The notes: generated by a model not told the origin, from the letters alone. Shown: positions 1-12,331, counted from the first letter of the whole stretch. The stretch: 63,910 nt of DNA, filler included, from Fonticula-like sp. SCN 57-25 (GCA_001724245.1; 11 parts of 11 records of this genome joined end to end with filler, not necessarily neighbours in it); one strand, 5' to 3'. Numbers and translations: made by a program.

Positions 1-174
1 CTCAGTATCAATCGAAAGGGCTGTGAAAGGGGAAAATTGATGGAGAAAAGATGGAATAAGATGGAAACATGATGGAAAAAAGATGGAAAAAGTGCCAAAA
101 CACCACAGAAAATGACATAAAAACCATAAAAAATGACAGCAAAAAACGGTTCATCGTTAGCAAAATACACAAAA

Positions 175-2378
175 TCAATCCAAAGACGCACCGATTCCTC
201 GTAGCAAATCTTCGCGAATCTGCGGCCGTAACGACGCCAAAAACGCCTCAATTTCCGGCATTGCATCCGCGCGCGTCTGCGCCAACCTGTACCCAATAAT
301 GACCACCCTATGCGCCGTCTGCTTCACCTTCAAGTGGCCATACATGAGCGCCTGCCTCAGGAACCCAATCAGCGTCTCCCTTCCTTCAAGCGTCGCAAAC
401 CGACCAATCGCGTCACCGTATTCCGTCAGCAGCGTCAGGCAAAAGTCAACGCGACCCAGCCACCACCTGTACGGCCTGCTCATCATATCATTGTCCTCAA
501 ACGCAAACGAAATGAAAAAGTTTGGCGTGACGCGCGGGTCGCGAACAGCTTCAACAAGCAGCCCAAGGCACGCCGCGCGCTTTTTGATTTCCGAGCTGAG
601 CAACAAAAGGTTCAGTAAAACGGGTCGCAGCGCTGCCTGCTGGCGGGGCAGCGGCAGCCCACTTGATGACGGGTGCTGAAACACGGCGCGGAACAGCGCG
701 ACGGCGGCGGAAAACACCTTGAGAATGGCGTCGTGCAGCAGCAGGTTTGTGACGGCGCAGAGCGTGTCAAAGACGAGCGCCGGGTCGTGCGAAAACTGGC
801 CGACTTGCTGCTCGAGCTGCTGCAGGCCGGCCTCGCGCAGGTTCCACTGCCGCGACAAGAGGCACTTTGCAACACTTAAAGGTACGACGGGGTGCCAGGC
901 CTTGGCGATGGCTTCGTTCTTGCCAGAGAGCGGCTCGGGCTCGGAAAGGGGCGAGGTGTTGGTGCTGCTGGGGGCCGAGCGGAGGGAGCGGTCGACGACG
1001 GGGAGGATGCGGTCGGCCCAGTCGGAGCGGCAGAGGGGGCAGATGAGCTTTTCGCGGTGGAGGCGGCGCTCTTGGGCCCAGATGGCAATGCACTTTTCAT
1101 GCAACCTGGCGTCGTTGTCAGCAAAAGAACAAGGAAATGAGGCAAAATGACATAGCAAAATCAATGCAAATTGCATCTTTAGCCACAACAAAAGCAACAT
1201 CTTTGACCAAAACCACAACTGGAACTTAACTGCAACTTTCTCTACAACCACAAACAAACCCGCAACTTGGACCACAACCACAATAACCATCATTTTCACC
1301 AAAGATACTCGTACCGTTTGTTGCACGACTTGCACTTTGAAAGGACGTCGTCTGGCGAAAGGTCGAGCAGGCAAATCGGGCACACCTCTGCCTCGTTCTC
1401 GTGTGGCTCGAGCAGCCTCAGCTGGCCCGACGCCCTGCGCTGCTCGGCGCGCGTCAGCAGCATCTTGAGCTCAAAGTCCTTGAGCATTGTCGCGCGCAAG
1501 AGCGGGTCCGTCGGGCTGACTTGGAGCACGCGGACCATGACGAACAGCAGGTGAAGGCAGCTCTCGCGCTGGCAGGTGCACGTCTGCGGGCCAATGTGCA
1601 CGCGGTATTTTTCGTCGAGGCTGTTGCTGCACACGACAAAGGCGCTCGGGCCGTTCGTGCGCAAAAGGTACATCGGGACGGTGAGCGCGCGCTTGACCTT
1701 GTTTGCCAGAATGGGGGGGAGGGGGCGCGTCGCCTGCGCATGCGGGGCTGAGGGGGCAGAGGGGAGCATCGTCGCATCCCCGGGCTCGAGATCCCAGTCA
1801 TCGGGGCCCGACAGGCGTTCAAAGAGTTCCATCATGTGCTGGACGTCATCGGGCGACGCTTCGGCCGGGGGGGCCAACGACGCGATAGCGGCGGCATGCG
1901 TAACAGTTCCGGTGCCCATCGGCAGAGACTAGAATCATGGTCAGAAGGCAATGGGGCCAATGAGATTGCGCACTCTTGAGCGGCGCATATTCAACACTGC
2001 GTGCGCGCGTTGCGCCGCGTTGGATGGCACCTGGTGCACCCCTCCTGCAGCAGGCGCGTTGGCCGCCGTCGTCGCGGATCCAGAAGTCGTCGCCAGTGCC
2101 GATGTCGCGGAGGTCGCCGCCATCGCCGCGGCACCCGCGGCAGTCAGCGTCACGCTGCGCTTCGGGCTAATCTTTCTCGACTGCATAATTGGAAGCCCAG
2201 AAGGAAGGGCCGTTGTCGGCGGCGGAGGGAGGCCAGACGCGGAGTGCGCCCCGGGCGCTGCTTCCGATTGCCCCGCGTGCGGCTCGCCTTGCGCCGCAGG
2301 CGGAGACTGCCTTTCCACCGAAGCGGAGTGTGGCTTTGTCGTTCCCTTGTCACTCATTTCGTAGTGAATTCCACCCAA
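175..2378 (-). CDS. MEKK1/MAP3K1-like protein, N-terminal part (SWIM zinc finger, RING/PHD, TOG/ARM region); probably continues past the contig start
   Basis: MYLLRTNGPSAFVV...KYRVHIGPQTCTC...CLHLLFVMVRVLQ (SWIM); CPICLLD...CKSCNKR|LHEKCIAIW...LICPLCRSDW (RING); AKAWHPV...CLLSRQWNLREAGL (TOG). In-frame introns ~1929-1973 and ~1107-1314; a GTGCGT donor near 192 suggests another intron rather than a true stop at 175. Confidence 0.8.
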
Positions 2379-3078
2379 TAGGAGGGCCCAGTAATTTCGT
2401 GCGCCCTCTCTCGCTCGCGGAATCCTTGCGTCTCACCCCTCCAGCTCGGAATAGCACTCTGTGTATCACTTCGGCCGAGCACCGATTCACGAGTTACGTC
2501 CAACTCTGGGGTGGATACCCGGACTCTGGGGCAGACTCGGCTGCCCAATCAGCGACGCCCAGCGTAGCCCCCAGGGAAGCTCCCTGCTTTGCGCGGAAAT
2601 TTTCACGTTTCCAGCAACACACGCGCTACGCTGCAGCACTCTTGTGCCTCGCAGCGCACCACGCAACAACCAGCGTTCTTCCAATATGACTATCATTTTT
2701 CACTTTACGGCCATATGGCCCGCAATTCTTTGAAAGCGAAAATGCCGTTGTGTCATGGGGCAACCGTACTGGATGATGCATGCGCAACTTTTTATGAATC
2801 CACCAATCAGGAGAGCTAGATCGTTGGGCTATAGCATAGTTACTCGGCTTTCCGTTCGCGTTTTGTTGGCCCGGGCGCGGGTGTGACGAACGGGAAAGGA
2901 CAGGAGCCGCCGGCGCAGCGAGCGCGCCTCAGCAGAGCAGGACCTTTGGAAAGGCGAGCGCAAAGGTAGGAGGAGGAAAAGGCCAGGAAGGGCTGCGGCG
3001 AATTTTTTAGTGCGGGATTGGCCCTGTCATCGTCTGCTGCACACGCGACATTAGAGCGCGTGGACGTCGCCGCGGACG

Positions 3079-5614
3079 ATGGAGGCGGGGGCGCGTTTCC
3101 CTTTTAGGTGCGAGCACCCGTTTTGCTCGCGAATGTATTACTCGCTCGACCTCTTGGTGGACCATATTGCGCAGGAGCACCCGCATTACCGGTTTGACGT
3201 GCGCCCCCGTTTCCCGCGCAAATTCGGTTACTGATGCTGATTGGGATGACGCCGCAGTCGAGCATGGCCCTGCAGCCGCCGACGCACGAAATCGAAAACG
3301 CGTTTGTGCAGGCGTTTGGAAAGGCGCTTTCCACAATAATGTGGGTGCCGCAGGGTACGCGCGGCCGGATTCATAATCATCCTCTGACTCCCCTTGCAGC
3401 CGCGCATCGGCTGGACGAGAACGAGCTGGCGCATCGGCTCGGGCTGCTGCTCGGGCATCTGCCCGCGGACTCGCGGACGTCCTTTTCATTTTGCCTGGAC
3501 GCGTTTCAAATTGTAAACCAATATGGTGCGCTTCCCTTAACTGTGCGCGCGCGGGCTGACCGCCGCCCCCTTTTCAGAGGCGCCGTCGAGCCTGGCGGCG
3601 ATCGCGCAGGGATCGCCAACTTTTCTGGACGGTTTTCTGTCGATCATCGTGACGGGCTATGAATGTGCGCGGCGCGCCGCTTTGCCGCGCTTGGCTCACC
3701 ATTTTTTTCTTTTTTTTCTGCCGCAGCCGTAACCGCGACGGTGCTCGTTCGCCTCGGCCCCGTGCAGTCGTGGGGCGTAAAGTACGATCTGATGGCGGTG
3801 GACGGCAGACCAGTTTTCTTCATAGACTCGGCCTACTGCATGTCTGTCCTGCTGCGTGAGCCGGGCCAGTATGAGGACACGTTCCGGGAAGACTACCACT
3901 CGTCGCTGATCGCGTCGCGGGTGTTTTCGCTCATCATGCAGGACCCGTCCCAGTCCACAAAGACTATTTTAGACCGAGTGCGCCTGGCTTTTCTGCCCTT
4001 TTTCCCTTTTCCCTTGCTCACCACAGCGCGGCCTATTTAGATGCAGGCCGCCGGCATCATGGGCAAGGAGGTCCTTGACCGCGGCCACTTTATCCTGCAG
4101 CAGTGTAACGCCCTCAACAACTCGTCGCTGCTGGCGAGCAGCTTTGTGGCCGATCTTTCCGCAGCCGTAGAAGAGGTGATGTTTTTTTATATACTATTTT
4201 ACGTGCTGACTAACGCGTCGCACGCAGGTTGAGCACCAGCAGGAGAGTTACAGGAGGCCGCCGCCGCCCATCGCGCCAGCCCCCCCCACGACCCGCCAGC
4301 CCAAAGTCAAGCAGCCCAAGCCGCGCAAGTCGGCGAGCGACACAAGCCCATTAAAAAAGAGCCCCGCGGGCAAGGCGGCGGTTCTCCCCGAACGCAAGCC
4401 GGACGTCGGCCCGATCGACCTTATTATCCTTTCCGACTCGGACGACCAGACGGAGCCGACCGCCGTCGAGCCGGCCCCGGAAAGCGCGCAACCCGAGGTA
4501 CGGCAAACCCAATTTTTGTTATCCTTTTGCTGACAAAGCCGCGCAGGCGACGCACCCGAGCGCCGCCGTGCACTCGCTGCTGCCGCCGCACGTGCTCTCT
4601 GACGTGATGGTCGTGGCGGAATTCCTCACCTCGCAGGGCGCCACAATTGATTGCCCGGGCCACGTGTCGATCAGCACCGCGATAGAGTGGATGCTGGAGC
4701 GGTCGGGGCAGCACGTGACAGAGATTGCGAGCAAGGCGGTGCGCTACGTGCTCGGCCACGGTGTAGCGCCAAAGCAGACGCAGACGACCTTGAAGATTAT
4801 TGACAATATTGCGGCGGAAGAGTCGGCCGGTACGCCTTTGCGATACGCTTTGGCCCTTTTTTGTAACACTTTTGTCTTTTCCTTATTTTAGAGAGCGACC
4901 GCGATGTTGACGTCGTCCGCGTGGCGCAGCTCTCGAGCGTCGACATTGACGTTCACCCGCTCGGCATTGCCGAAATGGCCCGCCTGGCGCTCATTTCCGC
5001 CGACGAGCCGCCGTCCGTTTTGTCTTCCGACGCTGCCGACGACGCCGACCGCACATCAGTCGCCTCGCTCGTGCACCAAAAACTTTCTTCCGGCGACGCA
5101 CTTTCAACATTGACGGTAGCAGAGCGCGCGCACCTTCTTCGCGTTCTCATTGACCGCGTCTGCGCGCGTCCCGAAACCGCGCACGCGATTGACGCGACGC
5201 TTGCTTCGCTCGCCGACATTCGCCGCAAGAAGCGCGCCATGTACCACCAGGTCACCGCCGTCAGCAAGTCTGTCTCGACGGCCGAAGCCGCGTGGAAGCG
5301 CGCGTTTATCGAGCAGCAGATTGCGGCAGAGGCGGCGGTGGCGCAGTTGACAGGGCAGCGGATGCCAGCAGTTTTGCCGCCGCCGCCGCCGATGGCCGAC
5401 ACCGACGTTGACTCGCTCGACTTTGATGAGGAGCTGCGGGCGCAGATGAAGAGCGTGCAGCGCGAGGCCGCGGCGGCGCGCGAGGCGAGGGACGCGCTGA
5501 GGGACGAGCTGGCGGACATTGTTGACCAGCTGCACACGATGGCGGCGCTCGTGAGGACGGGGCCGCTGGGGATGGACAAGGCGGGGAGGACGTACTGGCT
5601 GTTTGCGTCGTTTG
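3079..5614 (+). CDS. Multi-exon chromatin protein: C2H2 zinc finger + DNMT1-RFTS(RFD)-like domain + DDT + WHIM1 + WSD motifs; 3' truncated
   Basis: ATG 3079 FRCEHPFCSRMY...LVDHIAQEH; RLGPVQSW...DGRPVFFIDSAY...PGQYEDTF and VLDRGHFILQQC (RFTS-like); DVMVVAEFLTSQG (DDT); LSTLTVAERAHLLRVLID (WHIM1); RTGPLGMDKAGRTYWLF (WSD); several short GT(A/G)CGC...CAG introns keep the frame. Confidence 0.65.
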
Positions 5615-5714
5615 NNNNNNNNNNNNNNNNNNNNNNNNNNNNNNNNNNNNNNNNNNNNTTAATTAATTAANNNNNNNNNNNNNNNNNNNNNNNNNNNNNN
5701 NNNNNNNNNNNNNN
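5615..5714. other. Artificial contig linker (N44-TTAATTAATTAA-N44). Identical linkers at 11322-11421, 17022-17121, 22715-22814, 28406-28505, 34391-34490, 40075-40174, 45757-45856, 51436-51535, 57113-57212
   Basis: Identical 100-nt N-padded six-frame-stop spacer; genes are truncated at these points. Confidence 0.99.
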
Positions 5715-8700
5715 GCAAACTCTAGGGAGCGCGCGAGGTTCCTGGCGTAGTGCGGCGCATCGCGCGTGATAGGTCCCTCAATGAAATCCCTCAATTCATA
5801 AATGATCTCCTTGCCCATAAAGTCCTGATCAAAGCGTGCGATGAGCCATTTTTTGCTAGCCAGAGTCGTAAGTAAATAATCCATAATCACGCCAGGTCGT
5901 ACATCAGGTTGCAGACGCGCATTTGAAGGGGGCGCCTGACCTCAAGCTCATACACGTCAGCATTCACGTCGTCCGGGCACGGCGGCACCTCGAAGCGCTC
6001 CTTGAGCTTCCTCAGGAAAACCTCTGGCTCTGTAAATGTCTGCAGCGTCATGAGCGCTGTCATGTAAAACTCTGAGCCCGTCTGCGCCTCATCCGAGTCG
6101 CCCGAGGGGGACGTCAGATAAATAATGAGCTGATTGAGAGTGGCGCCTCTGACCACTTTGCGCCCGTTGGGCAGCACATTGTACTCCATGTCGGATGTCT
6201 CGTTCCACACATTCTGGCACACGTCAGTATGGCTAGATCGCAACGCCGGGGCGTACCGAGTCGTCCAGGTGGTCGTTGTGATGCATGGGGAAGGCGAGCT
6301 GCTCGACCATGCTCCGCGAGCCGCGAATCGTTCCCGCATCGCTCGCCGTGTCAGGAAGCAGCCGCCCCGCTAACCATCTCTGTCAACAAACATATATCGC
6401 GAGGTTGAGCCGTACGGGTATCTTTCTTCTTTTCTGTGGCGAGAATCTCGATCGACTTTACAGCGCTCTTCACGACGCCGCTACCCTCCTCTTTCATCAT
6501 AGCAGCGATACGCTGGCGCTTCTCATCAATCGATTCCACTTGCGGCGGCGCGACGCCAGTAGACTTGGCGCGTTCCAGCTTGCCTGATTTAGAGGCGGCG
6601 GGTGCCTTTAAGAGGAAGGTAAAGCGTCAGAAAACGTGTAAATCTATATCATGGCAAGCGTACGGCGGCCTCCTTCTCAGCTTGGGGCTGAGCATCGTCT
6701 TCAGCCTCGCCGGCGGCCGGGCCAATGGTGGGAAGGAGCGGGCCAATCTCGCTCGAAAAGATGGGCGTCTATCACGGCGCAAAATTAATCTACAAATCCA
6801 CGCTTCACCAATCATACCTCGGACACGTGCTTGTCACATTCTGCGTCGGGAATGAACGAAGAGGAAATTTCCATGAATTCGTTCACATTGTTGACGGCCA
6901 AAAAGAGCGACGTCTTGGCCTCCCCCGAGATTCCTAATAATTGGCACTCATGGTTAAAACCGCGCGTGCGCAGCGCCACGTGCATACCTTCATCCATGGC
7001 CTGCGAGGATGCCGCCGAGAGCATCCTGGAGAGCTCCTTCCCGTGCTCCATCAGCTGGCGATCAATTTGAACAAGGAGCTCGGCGTTCTTTTCAATGTTG
7101 CTCGCGCGCCCTTCAATAAAGCGAGCAAGCTCCGCCTGCATGCGAGGGGCCAGCGCCGACAAAACTTGATTCTGATCGCTCGACAAGAAGGAATCTTCCA
7201 GCTCCTGCATGTGCGCGCCAAGTGCGACCAGCAGTGCGACTGCGATCGGATCCGTAAGCGTCTTGTTTGCCGCGCCAACGCGCTCGATCACGCTGCTCGT
7301 CGCCGATTGAAGTCTACGAGGCAAAATCAGTTCCACAAATATATCTATCTTTGACGCGCACCGGCGCGCGACCTCTTGAGCTGCGCGTTTCATTTCGTCG
7401 CCAGCGAGCTCCTTTTCTATACGACGAATCTCGTCGCACGCGAGCGCATACACCTTGATGGCATTTTCAAATTCTGCCACCCATTAATACTCTAAAACAT
7501 ATCAAGCGAGGCGCACCTTGTGCGGTCTCGTCCGAGTAGAGCAGCCTGTTTTGCTCATCGAGCTGCTGGCGAAGAACCTGCCCTGCTTGGCGGGTAATGT
7601 GCTGAACATGCGGCGTCGTGTCTTGCAGGGACTCCACAACAGTCGACTTTGCGTCTTTCTCGTCGCGTTCGGCGGACCCCATGGCCTGCACAATGCCCAC
7701 CATGGCGCGGCTCACGTCCTCCGAATTGGTGGCCATTTCCACCTGCTCCTCTGAAACCTTGATGCCGCTATTGCGCGCGCGCTCCAGCCGGACCTTGGGG
7801 CCATTGCGCTCAATCTCCTCAAACTGCGCGTCCTGGATCGCCGCATTGGTCCGCTCGAGGGCCTCGTCGACAGCGCTCGAGTACTCGGAAATCAAAAGAT
7901 CATCGAACAATGACTCGTTTGCAGCCTGCGCGTCCATGATAATGCTATCGGCGCAGCCTTCAAGGTCCTATTCATACCTTGAGCGTCATGCATAGCGCAT
8001 AGATGGAGGTCGTACCGACAGGAGCTGGCGAACTTCATAGAGCGACTCGACGGCGATTTTCCCGGGATTGGCAAGCACCCTTCAACCCATATGAGAAACA
8101 CAAGCAAAGTGGCGCAATACATACTTGTTAATCGCAGAGGCAATATTGAGGTTGAGCTCGTTCAGCCTCTCGAAATAAAAGCTCATGGTCGCCACAGTGG
8201 CTGGCGTCGATGTCTGCTGCACCGAGGTAAGCGAGCACGCCTCCGCAAGCTCCGCAGATAGGTTGGTCATTAGATTAAAGTGGGCAATGATAGCATGGCG
8301 TTCCGCTGCACCAAGTTTAGCTTTCAAAGGCAAGCGAGCAGGGGGCGCGTACTGTGGTTCATGAGCTGTTTGATGGAGGCCACGAGGTCGGCGGCAGCCC
8401 GGCAAATGCGGGCAAAGAAGGTGGCGCAGCCGCGCTGGTGAATAGTGATACTTTAACGTAGCATGAGAAAGACAGCAAGAACGTTGCGCGAGCAAGTACC
8501 ATGATTCCGAAAAGGTTCGCATGCCGTCCACAAAAATGCCCGGGAAAGTCTCGGCCGAGGCGGCGTCGAACGTGGCGACGATGGAGGCATGCGCATTCAC
8601 AAACTCGTCCACTTCAGCGGTAAACTGCGCCAACACTTCCGGGTACACGTCTTCCTTGATCCTGCGCTTAACAAAGTCGGTCCAGTTCAAAACGACTGCG

Positions 8701-8913
8701 TAAATTCTACGCAGGCTCATCAGCCTGAAACGTCAAAAAGTCAAAAAGTAGGTACCGATCAGCATTCGAGATCAAGTTGTTCCTTGAAGACAGCGCTCGG
8801 CCATTTTTAGAGCGCATAAGCAGTCCCCAGCGGGACACCACCACAAGATCCCGAAGGAACGGGGGTATCATGGCCTCCCTCGGCCCCTTCGCCGCCGACT
8901 TCACTCCTGCCAT
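5715..8913 (-). CDS. Multi-exon RasGEF (REM/RasGEF_N domain at the truncated end) with a long alpha-helical N-terminal region
   Basis: VVRGATLNQLIIYLT...FYMTALMTLQTFTEPEVFLRKLKERF...LQMRVCNL|..KKWL (REM). Helical ORFs 6812-7480, 7467-7937 and 8082-8720 are colinear and separated by short introns; joining them into one gene is inferred. Confidence 0.6.
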
Positions 8914-9016
8914 GGCGACTTGGGCTCGGCGGCTTTGCACCGAGGGATCTCACTATAATCAGCCCCAGAGTCTGTCATTGACTGCAAACTGCAAACAAAC
9001 AACGGCCGCCGCCGTC

Positions 9017-10492
9017 ATGGATCTCCGGTGCCGAAGGACGGTGGCCTTTGCGCTCTTTGGCGTCCTGGCAATCGGCATGCTGATGGCGATCCGCACGATG
9101 CCATACATGGCAAGCGGAGAATCGCAAATGTGCGTGCCTGGGGAGGCTCAGGTGCGCACAGTTACGCGCACGTCAACCGTCACGCGCACGGTCACCGTGA
9201 CGGTACAGGGCGGGATGAAGGACCAGGCCCCGGTCGAGCCAGTGTCGGCCAACCCGGAGGAAGAGGTGTCAAAGGACTTTGCCTTATTACCCCTTGATAG
9301 TGCAGCGCCTCGTGTGGTGACTGTGGACTATGGCGTCGGGCCGCGCAACTGGTCGGCCCTCCATCCAGTGCATAACCCCAAGTTTGTTATGCGGGTCGCC
9401 TACCCCCCGTTTGCAATCCGCCTTCCTTACTTTGTGAACGAGGACGTGAGAATTGACTACTATCGGCTACCGTACCTTGCGGAGCGTCAAGGGCTCACGA
9501 AGGCATATTGCGATTCGCAAGAAGGCGCGCCTCCAAAGTCGATCGGCAAGAAGCTGTGTACCGACCGGCATCGTGACGAGATCATCTACTACGAGCACTC
9601 GCACACGGAAGGGAGCATCGAGGTCATCCGGGACGTCAGGTTCCGCCCGCACGAGTGCGGCTGGATGACGACCGCCGACAAGGTCCAGGCGTTCCCTGGC
9701 GATCACCCGACGACGTACGACAAGGTGGCCTCGCTGGACGTCCCCGAGGGCTGCAGCTTCCAGCACTTTATGGACGGCGTGTTCCCCAAGATTGCGCAGG
9801 CCATGCCCCTGCTGCGCGACCCCGAAGTTAAGCTGATGACGCCAGCGTGCTCCAACTGGCCGATGGTGAACAAGCTCTACGCGCACCTCGGCATCGCGAG
9901 CGACCGCCTCGTGAACATGCCGGGCGAGGTGACTGCCCGCGAATACTACTCGTTCTGCGACGCGCCCGCATGGCATCCGATCATTTGGAACCAGATGAAG
10001 CAGCTCTTGCGCACGGACGAATCGGTTCCCGTGGCCGGCCGCAAGAAGCTGGTCTACTTGCAGCGGAATGCGAATGCCCGCAACGGCGGCCGCAAGATTT
10101 CCAACGAAAAGGAGTTTGTTGAGCTGCTCGAGCACCAGACGCGCTCTCGGGGGCTCGATGGTGCCGACGCATTTGAGCTCGAGCTGGTCACGTTTGACAG
10201 CAGCAAGTTGCCCGAGGTCCAGGACAACATTGACTTTTTCAAGGACGTGGCCGTGCTGATTGGGCCGCACGGAGGCGCTTTCTACAACATGATGTACTGC
10301 CCGCCGGGGACCATTGTCATCGAGTTCATCCCCCGCAAGACGCCCTTTTTCCTCTTTGCTCAGATGTCGTCGATGCTCGGCCACGAGCATTGGTACCTGC
10401 CAATGGGCGACGAGCAGGAGAACGCAATCGACCTCGAAATCGTTGGCCAGCTCCTCCATCAGGCGCTCCGCACCGGACCTGCCCTTCCATAG
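9017..10492 (+). CDS. Glycosyltransferase family 61 (DUF563) type II membrane protein
   Basis: N-terminal TM anchor, Thr-rich stem, SFQHFMDGVFPK, YLQR...RKISNE, VLIGPHGGAFYNMMYCPPGTIVIEF motifs; intronless ORF. Confidence 0.85.
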   Translation: MDLRCRRTVAFALFGVLAIGMLMAIRTMPYMASGESQMCVPGEAQVRTVTRTSTVTRTVTVTVQGGMKDQAPVEPVSANPEEEVSKDFALLPLDSAAPRVVTVDYGVGPRNWSALHPVHNPKFVMRVAYPPFAIRLPYFVNEDVRIDYYRLPYLAERQGLTKAYCDSQEGAPPKSIGKKLCTDRHRDEIIYYEHSHTEGSIEVIRDVRFRPHECGWMTTADKVQAFPGDHPTTYDKVASLDVPEGCSFQHFMDGVFPKIAQAMPLLRDPEVKLMTPACSNWPMVNKLYAHLGIASDRLVNMPGEVTAREYYSFCDAPAWHPIIWNQMKQLLRTDESVPVAGRKKLVYLQRNANARNGGRKISNEKEFVELLEHQTRSRGLDGADAFELELVTFDSSKLPEVQDNIDFFKDVAVLIGPHGGAFYNMMYCPPGTIVIEFIPRKTPFFLFAQMSSMLGHEHWYLPMGDEQENAIDLEIVGQLLHQALRTGPALP

Positions 10493-10639
10493 GCGCTACT
10501 TTTGAAATTTCCATTTGTATGATAGATTCGCAATAATATTACTTTTGACTCATTGCAATACCCGAGAAGGGCTCTAAACACAGGGCAAAATGTACAAAAA
10601 TACACGCAGAAACTATAAAATGGGCAATGTGCTACTAGT

Positions 10640-11321
10640 CTAAATTCGCCATGTCATGCTACACTCGAGGCACGCGCGGTAGAGTCCCGAGCCTGCACCG
10701 GTTCCAGCACCGCTGGTTCCATCCGGAAGCAAGCCAAAGGTCTTAATCCTCGTACTGCCGCAGTTGACGCACGTCTCGCCTTCGGGAATGTCGCGAATTG
10801 CCACCTGCGGGATGCCTGCCGACGGGTGGTGCTTCTTGCTAAAGCTTCTCCGCATCGCCGAGTCGGGCCCGCTGTCGTCGTCGTCGTCGGCCGACCACCC
10901 AGAGTACGAGCCGTGCGACGATGAGCGGTCGTCCGTCGGTGTGGAAGAGTTGCGATCGCGCGGGCGCTCATTTTCGAATACTCGAATGACGCCAGTGTAG
11001 TCGGCGCTCACGATGAGCGTGCCGGTCGTCGTGTTGAGGAGGTGGGGCGGAAGAGGGGGCCGCAAATCCAGGTCCACGATGCGGTTAACCGTCTCTGAGG
11101 GCGAAAACACGGCCGCAGTTACGCTGCTCGAGTGTGCTTCAAAGTGCTCGTTCAGGCCGCCTCGGCGACCGCCCTTGAAAAAGCCAGAAAAAAGTCCGCC
11201 GCCAGACGTGTCGCCGTGGGAGGGCTGCGCCCACGGCCAAATATAGATGCGGTGGTCTTCCGAGCCAGAGATGACGTAGCGTCCATCGTTGCTCACATTG
11301 GCATGAAGCTGGCTGCACAGA
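10640..11321 (-). CDS. WDR44-like WD40 protein, C-terminal exon, with a C-terminal CxxC...CxxC motif
   Basis: QLHANVSNDGRYVISGSEDHRIYIW, EHFEAHSSSVTAAVFSP and LIVSADYTGVIRVFEN resemble the WDR44 family C-terminus. Confidence 0.7.
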
Positions 11322-11421
11322 NNNNNNNNNNNNNNNNNNNNNNNNNNNNNNNNNNNNNNNNNNNNTTAATTAATTAANNNNNNNNNNNNNNNNNNNNNNN
11401 NNNNNNNNNNNNNNNNNNNNN

Positions 11422-12331
11422 AAACACTTGGTAAATTGGATCCATAATGAACTGAGCAAATGTTCTCTTGAGTGTTTTGCCATCAGAGCCAATTGGTTCT
11501 TTAATGAACTTCTTTGCAGCTGCGTCATAATAATGATCACCCCAGAGGAACTTGACTAAACGATCTGCGTCGATACCAAACTTTGCAGCATAGATTTGTG
11601 CAAACTTGGTGATGGTGAAAGCCCAACAATGAAGACCAGAACCAAAGGCAACAGTACCTCTATCTGGAGCAACTTGAGACTCTCCGAGAGCTGGATCTTG
11701 GTAGATTGCAATGACAACATTTGCAGATTCAATGGAGTTGGAGAATGTGGCATAAATGTCTTCAATATCCATTTGAAGTTCCAAAATGGCTCTGTCCAAC
11801 TTGTTGATCATAAGCACCGGGCGAATACGCTCAGCAAGTGCTTGGCGAAGCACGGTCTCGGTTTGCACACAGACACCTTCAACAAAATCAATGACTACAA
11901 GGGCACCGTCAGTCACACGCAGTGCAGCTGTCACTTCAGAGCTAAAATCAACGTGACCTGGTGAATCAATGAGATTGACCAAATATTCAATTTCCTTTGT
12001 TTCTTTGTTTTGCTTGTTCTGCTCCTTGCGCTTAAAGTGGAGGGTGATGGCAGTGGATTTAATCGTAACACAACGATCCCGCTCGTCAGCACGGGGGTCC
12101 ATGAAACGTTGCCCAGTCTTTGCTGCAGCAATAATACCGGCCGCAGAGATGAGAGAATCAGTGAGGGTAGACTTTCCGTGATCAACGTGTGCAATAATGG
12201 ACATGTTTCGCACATTGTCACTATTCTCCATAATACTTCTGATTTGGTCTACTGTAAAGTTCACCTATGTTCTTTTGTAAGTGCTCCATTTGCTGAGTGA
12301 AACAAAAAAAAATTGTTTGGAAACCTACCAT
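11422..12331 (-). CDS. EEF2: Translation elongation factor 2 (G domain; 3' truncated)
   Basis: ATG at 12331 followed directly by intron 12265-12328; [60 protein letters not shown]. Confidence 0.95.

Noticed and set aside
5659-5670. Recurrent TTAATTAATTAA motif at regular ~5.7-kb spacing
   Set aside because: Artificial linker within N padding, not biological; cross-contig gene adjacency is meaningless
8777-9016. N-terminal extension of the GT61 ORF
   Set aside because: It overlaps the divergent RasGEF start; ATG 9017 has a good context and precedes the TM anchor
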